Part shown: piece after piece, positions 27,108 through 35,207 of the stretch
Layout of the letters: every line of letters starts with the position of its first letter
How positions within the stretch are numbered: position 1 is the stretch's first letter
Assembly (NCBI GenBank): GCA_963840245.1
Contig: CAWIYI010000048.1
Coordinates: forward strand, 6,574 to 70,573
DNA from: an uncultured Acidimicrobiaceae bacterium
GTDB lineage: Bacteria; Actinomycetota; Acidimicrobiia; Acidimicrobiales; RAAP-2
DNA: 64,000 nucleotides
Reading direction: 5' to 3'
Position numbers and translations under genes: made by a program
Notes under the pieces: generated by a model
The model's input: the letters and a program-made list of their open reading frames with translations, nothing else
Databases searched by the model: none
What the model was told of the DNA's origin: nothing

Positions 27108-28514
27108 TCATCGGCCCCGCACGGCGGGGACCGGCCGGACGAGCGCGCGCGCCGGCGGGAGGAGCCCGCGCCAGGGGGAGCACTCGTGCGCCGGCGTGAG
27201 CGTGACCTCCTCGACCTCCTTGTGGGGGCCGAGGACGAGGGCACGTCCGGGCGTGCCGTGGGCGACTGCGTCCACCGGGAGGCCGGGTTGGCGCGCCGTC
27301 CCGAGCGACGTCGAAGGACGGACACGGCCCCAGCGGTCCACCGATCGGCTTACCGTCATGGCGGGCACCGCCCGGTCTCCCGCCAGCGCACTGATGTCGC
27401 GCAGTGTCGTCGTGTCCGCGATCCCCCGGAGGACCACGGTCGTCCCGAAGAGCGAGAGGAACCCGTCGGCCGCTTGGCCCCACCGGGCGCGCGCCTGGGA
27501 GAGATCCTGCAGGCACGCGAGCACCAGGAGCCCCTGCCCCGCTCCCTCACTGACCATGGCCGGCAGGTCCGGGATGGGGGCGATGTTCGCCACTTCGTCG
27601 AGAGCGAGAAGTGTCGGCGGGCCGTCCAGCCCGTCACGGGACCGGGCGTAGGCGGCATCACGCACATCCCCCACGATGGCGACGACAAGTGGAGCGAATT
27701 GACGCTGTCGCCGGCCGGTCGAGCAGAGGTACAGGGTGTTGGGCCCGGCACAGAACGCGTCGAGGTCCAGTGGTGCCGCTCGGGTCGATGCGAGCGCGCC
27801 CTCGGTGCGATACGCGGCCAAGACGCCGGATGCGGTCGACCAGATCCCTGACTGCTCACGGGAATCCGTGGCGACGATGCCGGCGAGCAGATCGGTCGCC
27901 GGAGCGTCCCCACCGGCGTTCGAGGCGAGGATGTCGAGGGCCGGAGCCCCGTTGTGGCGATCGATCCACTGCAGGACATCCCGCATGGGGAGCTCCTCCG
28001 TGGCGGCGGCATGGAGCAGCGTCGAGAGCAGCGCGCCGGCGCGTTCGGTCCAGTGGTGCTCGCCGCCGCGCGGCCCGCTCAGCCGGCTGGCCCCGACCAT
28101 CGCGTCTGCCGTCACGACCGCTGCGTCCCAATCACGAGCCGTCGTCAACGGTGACCAACCGACGCGCTCGACGCCCGGTGGGCATTCCACCTCTCCGCTC
28201 GGGTCGTAGAGGAACGACCAACCTTCGACGCCGCGCGACGGTGCGGTCGCCCGCATCACGTCGGGCTTCGTCGAGGTCGAGACGACCGGCCCTTCGGAGA
28301 GCAAAATATTGGGGATGACCAGGGAAGATGTCTTCCCGGCCCGCGGGGGTCCGAGGACGAGTGTCGAGCACTGAGGACCGGCCCACCTCCACCCGCGGGC
28401 GCCTTCTCCAACATAGATGCTGTGGCGCGTCAAACGGTGGACTGTGCGTAGCGCTGCACTCGAAATCAGGAACGAATCGGCGGTGTCGACATGAGTATGA
28501 GCGGTGTGTTCCAC
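27108..28514 (-). CDS. TraG/TraD/VirD4-type conjugative coupling ATPase (T4CP), soluble form
   Basis: Walker A LVLGPPRAGKTSS. Walker B region TLLALDEVANIAPIPDLP, followed by GLLVLACLQDLSQARARWG. No N-terminal TM helices. GTG start at 28514. Confidence 0.8.
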   Translation of the reverse strand: MEHTAHTHVDTADSFLISSAALRTVHRLTRHSIYVGEGARGWRWAGPQCSTLVLGPPRAGKTSSLVIPNILLSEGPVVSTSTKPDVMRATAPSRGVEGWSFLYDPSGEVECPPGVERVGWSPLTTARDWDAAVVTADAMVGASRLSGPRGGEHHWTERAGALLSTLLHAAATEELPMRDVLQWIDRHNGAPALDILASNAGGDAPATDLLAGIVATDSREQSGIWSTASGVLAAYRTEGALASTRAAPLDLDAFCAGPNTLYLCSTGRRQRQFAPLVVAIVGDVRDAAYARSRDGLDGPPTLLALDEVANIAPIPDLPAMVSEGAGQGLLVLACLQDLSQARARWGQAADGFLSLFGTTVVLRGIADTTTLRDISALAGDRAVPAMTVSRSVDRWGRVRPSTSLGTARQPGLPVDAVAHGTPGRALVLGPHKEVEEVTLTPAHECSPWRGLLPPARALVRPVPAVRGR

Positions 28515-28568
28515 ACCCGCGATGTTTGCGTTGGCGAACCGACAAATCCATGGGACATATCACGCAAT

Positions 28569-28598
28569 GCGACGACGGCAATACCTTTCTGTCGTCGC
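28569..28598. repeat. Inverted repeat GCGACGAC-N14-GTCGTCGC inside the lower-GC spacer (oriT or operator candidate)
   Basis: Perfect 8-bp arms read directly at 28569-28576 and 28591-28598. Confidence 0.3.
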
Positions 28599-29030
28599 GC
28601 CGACGCAGGATGTGCCGCGTGTGCGCGTGCGAAACGGAGTGAAACGAAGGTCGTCGATGAGTGCAAAATGACCCCGCGAATAAAGAATGCTTGACCTGAG
28701 CGTGTTCATAACAGAAGAATGGTGTCTACCCGAAGTGTGAGGGAGGGTATGACATGTGCTGCGACACAACGGTGTGGAGCGCGCAGAGCGAAAACAGTCG
28801 GCTTCGTTTTCGCGTGCTCGTCGCCGCGCCGCACGGTGTCAGCGTGACGTCGCAACTCGGGGAATCAAGTCGGACTGGCGTGATGTGGCGGTGTCGATGA
28901 CACCGGCGCAGCTACCCCAGCCGTCGCAAATAAAACCGGTGCGGCAGTGCGCATGGTGCGGGGCAGTCGACCGTGACGTGGCGCAGGCTTCACCTCTATG
29001 CAGTGACCATGCTCCTAGGGAGGTGCACCT

Positions 29031-29480
29031 GTGGCAGTAGCCGCAAAAAGAAGGGCCCCGGCCAAGAAGGCCGCGAAAAAGCGGGCCCCCGCAAAGAAGG
29101 CAGCGAAACGCTCAACGGCGAAGAGGACCGTCAAGCGGGCTCCGGCAAGGAAGTCCGTGAAGCGGGCTCCGGCACGCAAGACAGCCAAGAAGCGGGCTCC
29201 TGCAAAGCGGGCAGCCAAGAAGCGGGCTCCTGCAAAGAAGGCGGCCAAGAAGCGGACAACCGCCCGCAAGGCCGTCAAGAAGCGGGCAACCGCAGCCAAG
29301 CGGACGGCCACCAAGAAGCGGGCAACCGCTCGCAAGGCCGTCAAGAAGCGGGCGACCGCAGCCAAGCGGACGGCCACCAAGAAGCGGGCAACCGCTCGCA
29401 AGGCCGTCAAGAAGCGGGCAACCGCGACCAAGAAGGCCGTGCGTCGCGCGCCCGCCCGCAAGGCGGCGAAGCGGCGCTGA
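29031..29480 (+). CDS. Lys/Ala-rich histone-H1-like repeat protein (149 aa, entirely KKRAPAKKAAK / KKRATARKAV repeats)
   Basis: GTG 29031 has GGGAGG 7 nt upstream, and a strong terminator follows. The composition resembles actinobacterial HupB/Hlp C-terminal tails, but there is no HU or other globular domain. Confidence 0.7.
   Translation: MAVAAKRRAPAKKAAKKRAPAKKAAKRSTAKRTVKRAPARKSVKRAPARKTAKKRAPAKRAAKKRAPAKKAAKKRTTARKAVKKRATAAKRTATKKRATARKAVKKRATAAKRTATKKRATARKAVKKRATATKKAVRRAPARKAAKRR
29265..29425. repeat. 66-bp tandem repeat, about 2.4 copies, in frame in the Lys/Ala-rich gene
   Basis: Units 29265-29330 and 29331-29396 differ at one base (A/G), and a partial third unit runs to about 29425. 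Each encodes ARKAVKKRATAAKRTATKKRAT. Confidence 0.85.
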
Positions 29481-29501
29481 GCGCTGCGTTCCCTCGGGAA
29501 C

Positions 29502-29539
29502 ACGTGAGACCGGGGGCCTTCGGGCCCCCGGTCTCACGT
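29502..29539. terminator. Strong bidirectional hairpin (17-bp perfect stem, TTCG loop) between convergent genes
   Basis: ACGTGAGACCGGGGGCC-TTCG-GGCCCCCGGTCTCACGT read directly. It lies 22 nt after the stop at 29480 and 15 nt before the convergent stop at 29554. Confidence 0.7.
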
Positions 29540-29553
29540 CCGGGGGCTGCTTC

Positions 29554-30177
29554 TTACGACGGACGCTCGAGCTCGGCGACGTCGGCCGGCCAGTCGACGT
29601 CGTAGGCCAGGTCCGGGTTGCGCAGGACGCGTACCGGCAGGCCGATCCTGGTCGCCTCCGCCCTGTGGGCACGGAAGGAGCCGGGGCCGTAGGCGAAGCG
29701 GAAGCCCGAACCCGCCGGGAGGCGGAGGACGTTGGTGCCGTCGTCGCTCCTGTCGGGGACGAGGGTGACGCCCTCGAACGGGGAGAGCACCCCCAACCCA
29801 TGGGCCCTGGGGAGGTCACCGTGGGCGACGGTCACCCAGCGTGCCCCGGCCCGAGCCAGCCGGTCGACGCCCGCGCGCACGGCTCCGTTGAGGCCCTGCC
29901 CCGGCTCCCACATGACGGTGGCACCCAGCTCCGACGCCCATTCCGCCACGTCCTGGTCGTCGCAGACCACCGCGACAGGGAGCGGCGCGCAGGCCGCCAC
30001 CACGTGCGAGGCCATGGTGCGCACGAGCCGGATGCGCTCTGGATCCGAGAGGGCGGGTCCCAATCTCCGCTTGGCCTCGTGGAACGCCTTGACCGGGATC
30101 AGGACCACCTCGGGCCCCAGCGGGCGGTCGACCGGCGGCCCCGCATGCTGCGCTACCGGCACGGTGGCCCTCGACAC
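29554..30177 (-). CDS. cofC: 2-phospho-L-lactate / phosphoenolpyruvate guanylyltransferase (CofC/FbiD, F420 biosynthesis); start 30177 or 30108
   Basis: Family motifs LIPVKAFHEAKRRL, AHGDLP, LVPDRSDDGTN and FGPGSF-like YGPGSF. In-frame GTG at 30177 and 30108. The long upstream extension of the ORF track is not credible. Confidence 0.8.
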   Translation of the reverse strand: MSRATVPVAQHAGPPVDRPLGPEVVLIPVKAFHEAKRRLGPALSDPERIRLVRTMASHVVAACAPLPVAVVCDDQDVAEWASELGATVMWEPGQGLNGAVRAGVDRLARAGARWVTVAHGDLPRAHGLGVLSPFEGVTLVPDRSDDGTNVLRLPAGSGFRFAYGPGSFRAHRAEATRIGLPVRVLRNPDLAYDVDWPADVAELERPS

Positions 30178-30237
30178 TCGGCACAGTGTACGGGTCACCG
30201 CGAAGGTCGTTGTGGGGCCGTCGTAGGCTCTGGTGGC

Positions 30238-31261
30238 ATGAGTGACCGGGTGGCCGTTATCGGCGCGGGGTCCTGGGGCACCGCAGTCGGCACCATCGTC
30301 GGTGCTTCGCATCCGACGTCGCTGTGGGTGCGCTCCCCTGAGCTCGCCGCGTCCATGGCGCAGACACGCGAGAACGAGAAGTATCTGCCGGGTCTGCAGA
30401 TCCCGGACGGGACTGGTGGTGACGTCGTCGCTGGCCGAGGCGCTCGACGGCGCCGGCATCGTCTTCATGGCCGTCCCGTCGCACGGGTTCCGTGCCGTGC
30501 TCAGCGACATGGAACCTCTGGCGGGGGGGATCGAGGCCGTGGTCAGCCTGGCCAAGGGGATCGAGATGGGTACCAACCTGCGCATGTCCCAGGTGGTGGC
30601 ACAGGTGCTGCCCGGTCTCCCCGCCGGGGTGCTGACCGGCCCGAACCTGGCGCGCGAGGTGGCCGAGGGCCATCCCGCCGCCTGCGTGGTCGCCCTGACC
30701 GACGAGGCCCTGGCGAGCCGCGTGCAGGGGTTGGTGCACACGCGCACGTTCCGCACCTATACGGGAACCGACGTCGTGGGGTGCGAGATCGCAGGCGCCA
30801 CGAAGAACGTGATGGCCATCGCCGCCGGGATCGGGGACGGGTTGGGTCTCGGGGACAACACCCGGGCCGTCCTCATCACGCGGGGCCTCGCCGAGCTGGG
30901 GCGGCTGGGTGTCGCGCTGGGTGGAAAGGTGCTCACCTTCGGTGGCCTGGCCGGTGTCGGTGACCTGGTGGCGACGTGTGCCAGCCCGCAGAGCCGGAAT
31001 CGGACGGTTGGCTTCGCACTGGGGCAGGGGCAGTCGCTGGACGAGATCGTCGGCGGCATGCACATGGTGGCGGAAGGCGTCAAGAGCGCCGGGCCGCTGG
31101 TCGGCCTGGCCCGGGCCCACGGCGTCGAGATGCCGATCGCCGAACAGGTCCAGGCCATCGTCGAGGGGCGGTGCTCGCCCGCCGACGCGCTCATGAACCT
31201 GATGCGGCGACCCTCCCGCCCGGAGTGGGACGAGACGCTGTTGCGGGGGCTCCCGGCGTGA
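30238..31261 (+). pseudogene. gpsA: NAD(P)H-dependent glycerol-3-phosphate dehydrogenase GpsA, frameshifted near 30410
   Basis: The N-terminus MSDRVAVIGAGSWGTAVG...ENEKYLPGLQIPDG is in the frame of ATG 30238. The rest (LVVTSSLAEAL...GPNLAREVA...KNVMAIAAGI...) is in the +1 frame of ORF 30242-31261. Junction: GACGGG-A-CTGGTG. Confidence 0.85.
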
Positions 31262-32562
31262 GCGGGATCTTTTCCAGCGGCGACGCGCTCGCCGGCGGTT
31301 CCGGCGTCGGCGGCGAGGCGCGCCGGGAGGCCGCGCTGGCCCATGTCAAGGAGATCCTCCTGATGCACGGCGCCACCGAGGAGGAGATCGACCGGGCGGT
31401 CGACGACGGCGTCATCGATCTCTTCGTGGTGGACCGCCTGCTCGTGCCGTCACGCCGGCGCTACACGCGGCTCGATGTGGCCGAGCTCACCGGTGTGGGC
31501 GTGGACCGGCTGGAGCGTTTCTGGCGCGCCCTCGGGTTCCCGGGCGTCGATGACGACGACCGCGCCTTCACCGACCTCGATCTCGAGGCCGTACGCCTCT
31601 TCCAGGGCCTCCAGGCGCTCGGGGCCGCCGATGCCGACACGGCGGTCCAGATGGCACGCGTCATCGGTTCGTCCATGGCCCGGATCGCCGAGGCGGAGCT
31701 CGTGCCGGGGGACATGGCGAGCGCCGAGGTCGATCCCGTCCTCTCCGCGGAGGCGTTCGCCGGCGTCGCCGACGTGACCATTCCAGCCATGGCGAAGCTG
31801 CTCGAGTTCGTGTGGCGGCGCCAGGTGGCGGCGGGGATCCAGCGCTCCATGATGCTGCGCAGCCACGGCCTGGCGACGGGGCAGAGCCCGGTCCTGGCCG
31901 TCGGGTTCGCCGACATGGTCGGCTTCACACTCCTCAGCCAGCATCTGAGCGACGAGGAGCTCGCCGCCGTCGTCCGGCGCTTCGAGGAGATCTCCCACGA
32001 CACCGTGACCAGTGCCCGCGGCCGGGTGGTCAAGATGATCGGGGACGAGGTGATGTTCGTGGTGGACAGCGTCGCCGACGCGGCGCGTATCGGGCTCAGC
32101 CTGGCCGATGCCTACGCCGACGACGAGCTCCTCTCGGACGTGCGGGTAGGCCTGGCCTGGGGCCCCGTGCTCCTGCGTGACGGCGACTACTTCGGGCCCA
32201 CGGTCAACCTGGCCCACCGGATCGTGAACATCGGCAACCCGGGGACGGTCCTGATGTCAGACGAGTTCCACTCGGCGCTGCTGGTGGAGGCGCCGGGTGA
32301 GTTCACGGCGCAGGCGCTCCGCCCCCGGCTGCTGAAGGACCTCGGCCGCGTGCAGTTGTGGTGGTGCGGCCGGGCCGGGCAGGAAGCCGACGGCACGGGC
32401 GCGGCCGCCGATCGCCGGCGCAACGTCCGCTGGGAGCGGCTGTCCGAGGTCCTTCGTGACCTCGAGGAGCTGCGCGGCGTGGGCGAGCGCCTGCTCACCG
32501 CCAACCGCCCGCCCGGCTCAGTCGTCGCGCAGCCTGGCGGTGGCGATGCCGAAGGGGCGTAG
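31258..32562 (+). CDS. Class III adenylate cyclase with N-terminal regulatory domain (Rv1264-like architecture)
   Basis: GTG 31258 overlaps the gpsA stop (GTGA). Cyclase catalytic motifs (AVGFADMVGFT, VKMIGDEVMFV, GPVLLRDGDYFGPTVNLAHR). The N-terminal part resembles the actinobacterial cyclase regulatory domain (YTRLDVAELTGV...ERFWRALGFP). Confidence 0.8.
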   Translation: MSGIFSSGDALAGGSGVGGEARREAALAHVKEILLMHGATEEEIDRAVDDGVIDLFVVDRLLVPSRRRYTRLDVAELTGVGVDRLERFWRALGFPGVDDDDRAFTDLDLEAVRLFQGLQALGAADADTAVQMARVIGSSMARIAEAELVPGDMASAEVDPVLSAEAFAGVADVTIPAMAKLLEFVWRRQVAAGIQRSMMLRSHGLATGQSPVLAVGFADMVGFTLLSQHLSDEELAAVVRRFEEISHDTVTSARGRVVKMIGDEVMFVVDSVADAARIGLSLADAYADDELLSDVRVGLAWGPVLLRDGDYFGPTVNLAHRIVNIGNPGTVLMSDEFHSALLVEAPGEFTAQALRPRLLKDLGRVQLWWCGRAGQEADGTGAAADRRRNVRWERLSEVLRDLEELRGVGERLLTANRPPGSVVAQPGGGDAEGA

Positions 32563-35175
32563 CTCGAACGAGCCCTCGAAGGGCTCCTGCGGATAGCCGC
32601 GCAGGTCGACGAGCCAGCCGGCCCGACCGGGGAACGACACGACGGCCGAGCGTGAGGTCGGGTTGAAGACGCGGATCTCCAGCACGCCGGCGACGCGGTG
32701 GAGCGCGCTGATCTCGGCGCCGTGGACCGCCAGTGCGCTGCCCGAGGCCGGGCGCGGTCCACCGCCCAGGCTCTGGACGGGCTCGAGCGGCAGCAGGACG
32801 TCGTCTGCCAACCCGTAGGGGTCGTCGCAGTCGAGCGCCAGCGCGTACCGCAGCTCCACCTGCTTGCCTCGCATCTGCAGGCCCTCCACCGGCGTGAGCG
32901 GGCCCGCCGGGAAGGGGCGGTAGGCCATGCCGAGGCGGGACAGCATGCCGGTCGAGCGCAGCACGGTGAGGGCGATGGTGTGCGCCGCGTCGCCCTCGAT
33001 GTCGATCAGCTCGTACTCGCACACGCCCTCGTGGACCACCGTGAGGCGCCCGGCGTTGACGAAGCGGTTGGCGGGCGCGGTGGGGAGGCCGAACTCGTCG
33101 GGCCGGCCCTCGGCGGACAAGCCCCGCGTGACCACGGTGAAGGCGCTCTCGGCCCGCGACTGGTCCACCGGCTCCGGGAGCGGCAGGTTGACGCGCAGGC
33201 GGTGGTCGCCGCTCGGGTTGACGAAGGTGGTCGTGACGCGCACCGTGGCCTCGTCCGCCCGCACCTCCACCACGGTGTCGACGTCGACCTGGTGACCGCC
33301 GACGCGTGCCTGCGAGGAACCGTCGACGTGATCGGGCCACTCGTAGGTGCTCGTGATGCGTACCCGCGCCCGGACCGGACCGCGCTCGTCGACCCGGACG
33401 GCGACGGCGTGGGGCGTGTCCACGAAGGAGTCCTGGCGTGGGGGCGAGTAGTTGTACGAGTCGCCGAGGTCGCCGCCGTCGACCAGGCGGCCGTAGCCGG
33501 GTGTGCCGTCCAACGCGAAGGTGCCGTCGGCGCGGTCGACGTCGATGCGGACCAACCCGTTGCGCACCACGATCGCGTCGTCGGTCTCGTCCACCTCGAC
33601 CGGGTTGGTCAGGGGCGCTGCGGCGAAGGCGCTCCAGCCGTAGCCGGGCACCTCGCCGGAGCGGGCGGCGATCCGGCGCGTCGACGGTTGGTCCATGGCC
33701 ACCCGGACCACGGCGTCGGGCCGCGCACCGAGCCGCGTGTAGACATCCTGCTTGGCCTCCGCGATGGGCACGTCGGACTTCTCCTCGGTGCCGACGGCGA
33801 TGGTGATGTCGATGCCCTCTTCGGTGTCCTCGATCCGCACGTCGTGGATCCAGGCGTCATCGCTGATCCTCGGTCCCTGCATCATGCCCAGCACCGTGCG
33901 CACGGTGTCGGCATCGAGGACCATCGATCCGGGCAACCCGGACCGCTCGGAGAGCACCTGCACGTCCGCCGGCGGCGGGCCGTCGGCCGGGACGACCAGC
34001 TCGACGAGACCCGAGCGGGCCCGGGGCGCCGGGTTGAGCACCGACGGGCCGCCCTGTGACAGAGAGCGGGCGAACGTCTTGACCGCGCGGTCCGCCAGCC
34101 CGGCGGCGATGGCACGCGCCTCCGCATAGCGGTGCAGCACGGCGTCGACGACGTCATCGACGGAGCAGGCGCAGACCGAGTCGTGGGCCGAGTTGCGCAC
34201 CATCTCGAGCCAGGCCAGTTCCAGGAGACGGTGGGGGTAGTCCGCCGGCGCCTGGAACAATGCGGCCAGGGGCTCGGCGCGGCGCTCCAGCTCCCGTTCG
34301 GCCACCGCACCGCGGCGCTTGACGTCGACGCGGTTCGAGGTGACGCCCATGAGCATGTTGGCCCGGGCGCCCGAGCGCAGCTCGCCCTCGACGCGGGTCA
34401 GCCCTTCGGTGGGGGCGCCGGCGAGGTAGCGGGGGAGCGAGGTGATCTCGAAATCGAAGTCGTCCTGCAGGTCGTTGGCCTCGGCCACCGCCCGCCCGAG
34501 CCCGGGCTGGGGCATCAAGTGGTCGGACCCGTTCATGCACAGCAGGTCACCCAGCAGGAACTCGGCCACCTCGGCCACGTTGTCGCTGGTGCGACGGACG
34601 AGCGCCTTCGCGTCGTCGGGCAGCGCGGCACCGTTGCCGTAGCCGACCGGCAGGTATTCGGCCCGGACCGACGAGCCGTCGGGGGACTCCCAGACGAAGG
34701 CGTTCTTGGTCACCTGGGAGGGCACGCCCCGCCAGACCACGGCGTCGCGGAAGCCGGCCAGGTGGAGGATCTGGGGCATCTGTGCGATGTGGCCGAACAT
34801 GTCCGGCAGGTAGCCCAGTTCCATCACCCCGCCGAAGGCGGCCCCGCGGCCGAGGCCCATCTGCAGGTTGCGCACGATCGTCTCACCCGAGGAGAGGAAT
34901 TCGTCCATCAGGATGTACCAGGGCCCCATGCTCACCCGGCCCGCGGCGGCCAGAGCCCGCAGACGGCCCTCCGCTTCGGGTCGGACCTCGAGGTAGTCGT
35001 CCACGACGGCCATCTGCCCGTCCAGCATGAAGTGGGGGTAGCCGGCGTCGCGCTCGAGGAGGGGGAGCAGCGTATCGATCAGCTCCACCAGGGCGAGGCG
35101 GAAGTCCTGGTAGGACTTGTACCATTCACGGTCCCAGTGCGTGTGCGGAACGATGGCAATCCGACGGGCGGTCAT
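32518..35175 (-). CDS. Glycoside hydrolase family 38 alpha-mannosidase-like protein
   Basis: ATG 35175 (MTARRIAIVPHTHWDREWY). GH38 N-terminal motifs and length (885 aa). Its 3-prime end overlaps the cyclase 3-prime end by 45 nt. Confidence 0.85.
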   Translation of the reverse strand: MTARRIAIVPHTHWDREWYKSYQDFRLALVELIDTLLPLLERDAGYPHFMLDGQMAVVDDYLEVRPEAEGRLRALAAAGRVSMGPWYILMDEFLSSGETIVRNLQMGLGRGAAFGGVMELGYLPDMFGHIAQMPQILHLAGFRDAVVWRGVPSQVTKNAFVWESPDGSSVRAEYLPVGYGNGAALPDDAKALVRRTSDNVAEVAEFLLGDLLCMNGSDHLMPQPGLGRAVAEANDLQDDFDFEITSLPRYLAGAPTEGLTRVEGELRSGARANMLMGVTSNRVDVKRRGAVAERELERRAEPLAALFQAPADYPHRLLELAWLEMVRNSAHDSVCACSVDDVVDAVLHRYAEARAIAAGLADRAVKTFARSLSQGGPSVLNPAPRARSGLVELVVPADGPPPADVQVLSERSGLPGSMVLDADTVRTVLGMMQGPRISDDAWIHDVRIEDTEEGIDITIAVGTEEKSDVPIAEAKQDVYTRLGARPDAVVRVAMDQPSTRRIAARSGEVPGYGWSAFAAAPLTNPVEVDETDDAIVVRNGLVRIDVDRADGTFALDGTPGYGRLVDGGDLGDSYNYSPPRQDSFVDTPHAVAVRVDERGPVRARVRITSTYEWPDHVDGSSQARVGGHQVDVDTVVEVRADEATVRVTTTFVNPSGDHRLRVNLPLPEPVDQSRAESAFTVVTRGLSAEGRPDEFGLPTAPANRFVNAGRLTVVHEGVCEYELIDIEGDAAHTIALTVLRSTGMLSRLGMAYRPFPAGPLTPVEGLQMRGKQVELRYALALDCDDPYGLADDVLLPLEPVQSLGGGPRPASGSALAVHGAEISALHRVAGVLEIRVFNPTSRSAVVSFPGRAGWLVDLRGYPQEPFEGSFELRPFGIATARLRDD

Positions 35176-35207
35176 GACCGCCAGACTATGACCTGCGGCC
35201 GGCGACG

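Larger units (their letters stand above)
25742..29480. mobile_element. Candidate remnant or minimal mobilisation island (relaxase, coupling protein, lower-GC spacer, Lys/Ala-repeat protein); boundaries not defined
   Basis: The gene content is typical of conjugative or mobilisable elements. There is a lower-GC 516-bp spacer. No integrase, att repeats or tRNA were found, so confidence is low. Confidence 0.4.

Noticed and set aside
28756-29040. A 94-aa ORF in the lower-GC spacer. Its 3-prime half (MTPAQLPQPSQIKPVRQCAWCGAVDRDVAQASPLCSDHAP...) could be a tiny zinc-ribbon protein overlapping the start of the Lys/Ala-repeat gene.
   Set aside because: The N-terminal half is Arg-rich noise. There is no RBS before the internal ATG, the Cys/His spacing is not a recognised motif, and nothing else supports it. 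It is mentioned only as something to test with expression data.
25687-29553. A search for att-like direct repeats, a tRNA target or an integrase delimiting the relaxase island.
   Set aside because: None were found by eye in the short flanks (25687-25741 and 29481-29553). The island is therefore reported only as a low-confidence, boundary-less candidate.
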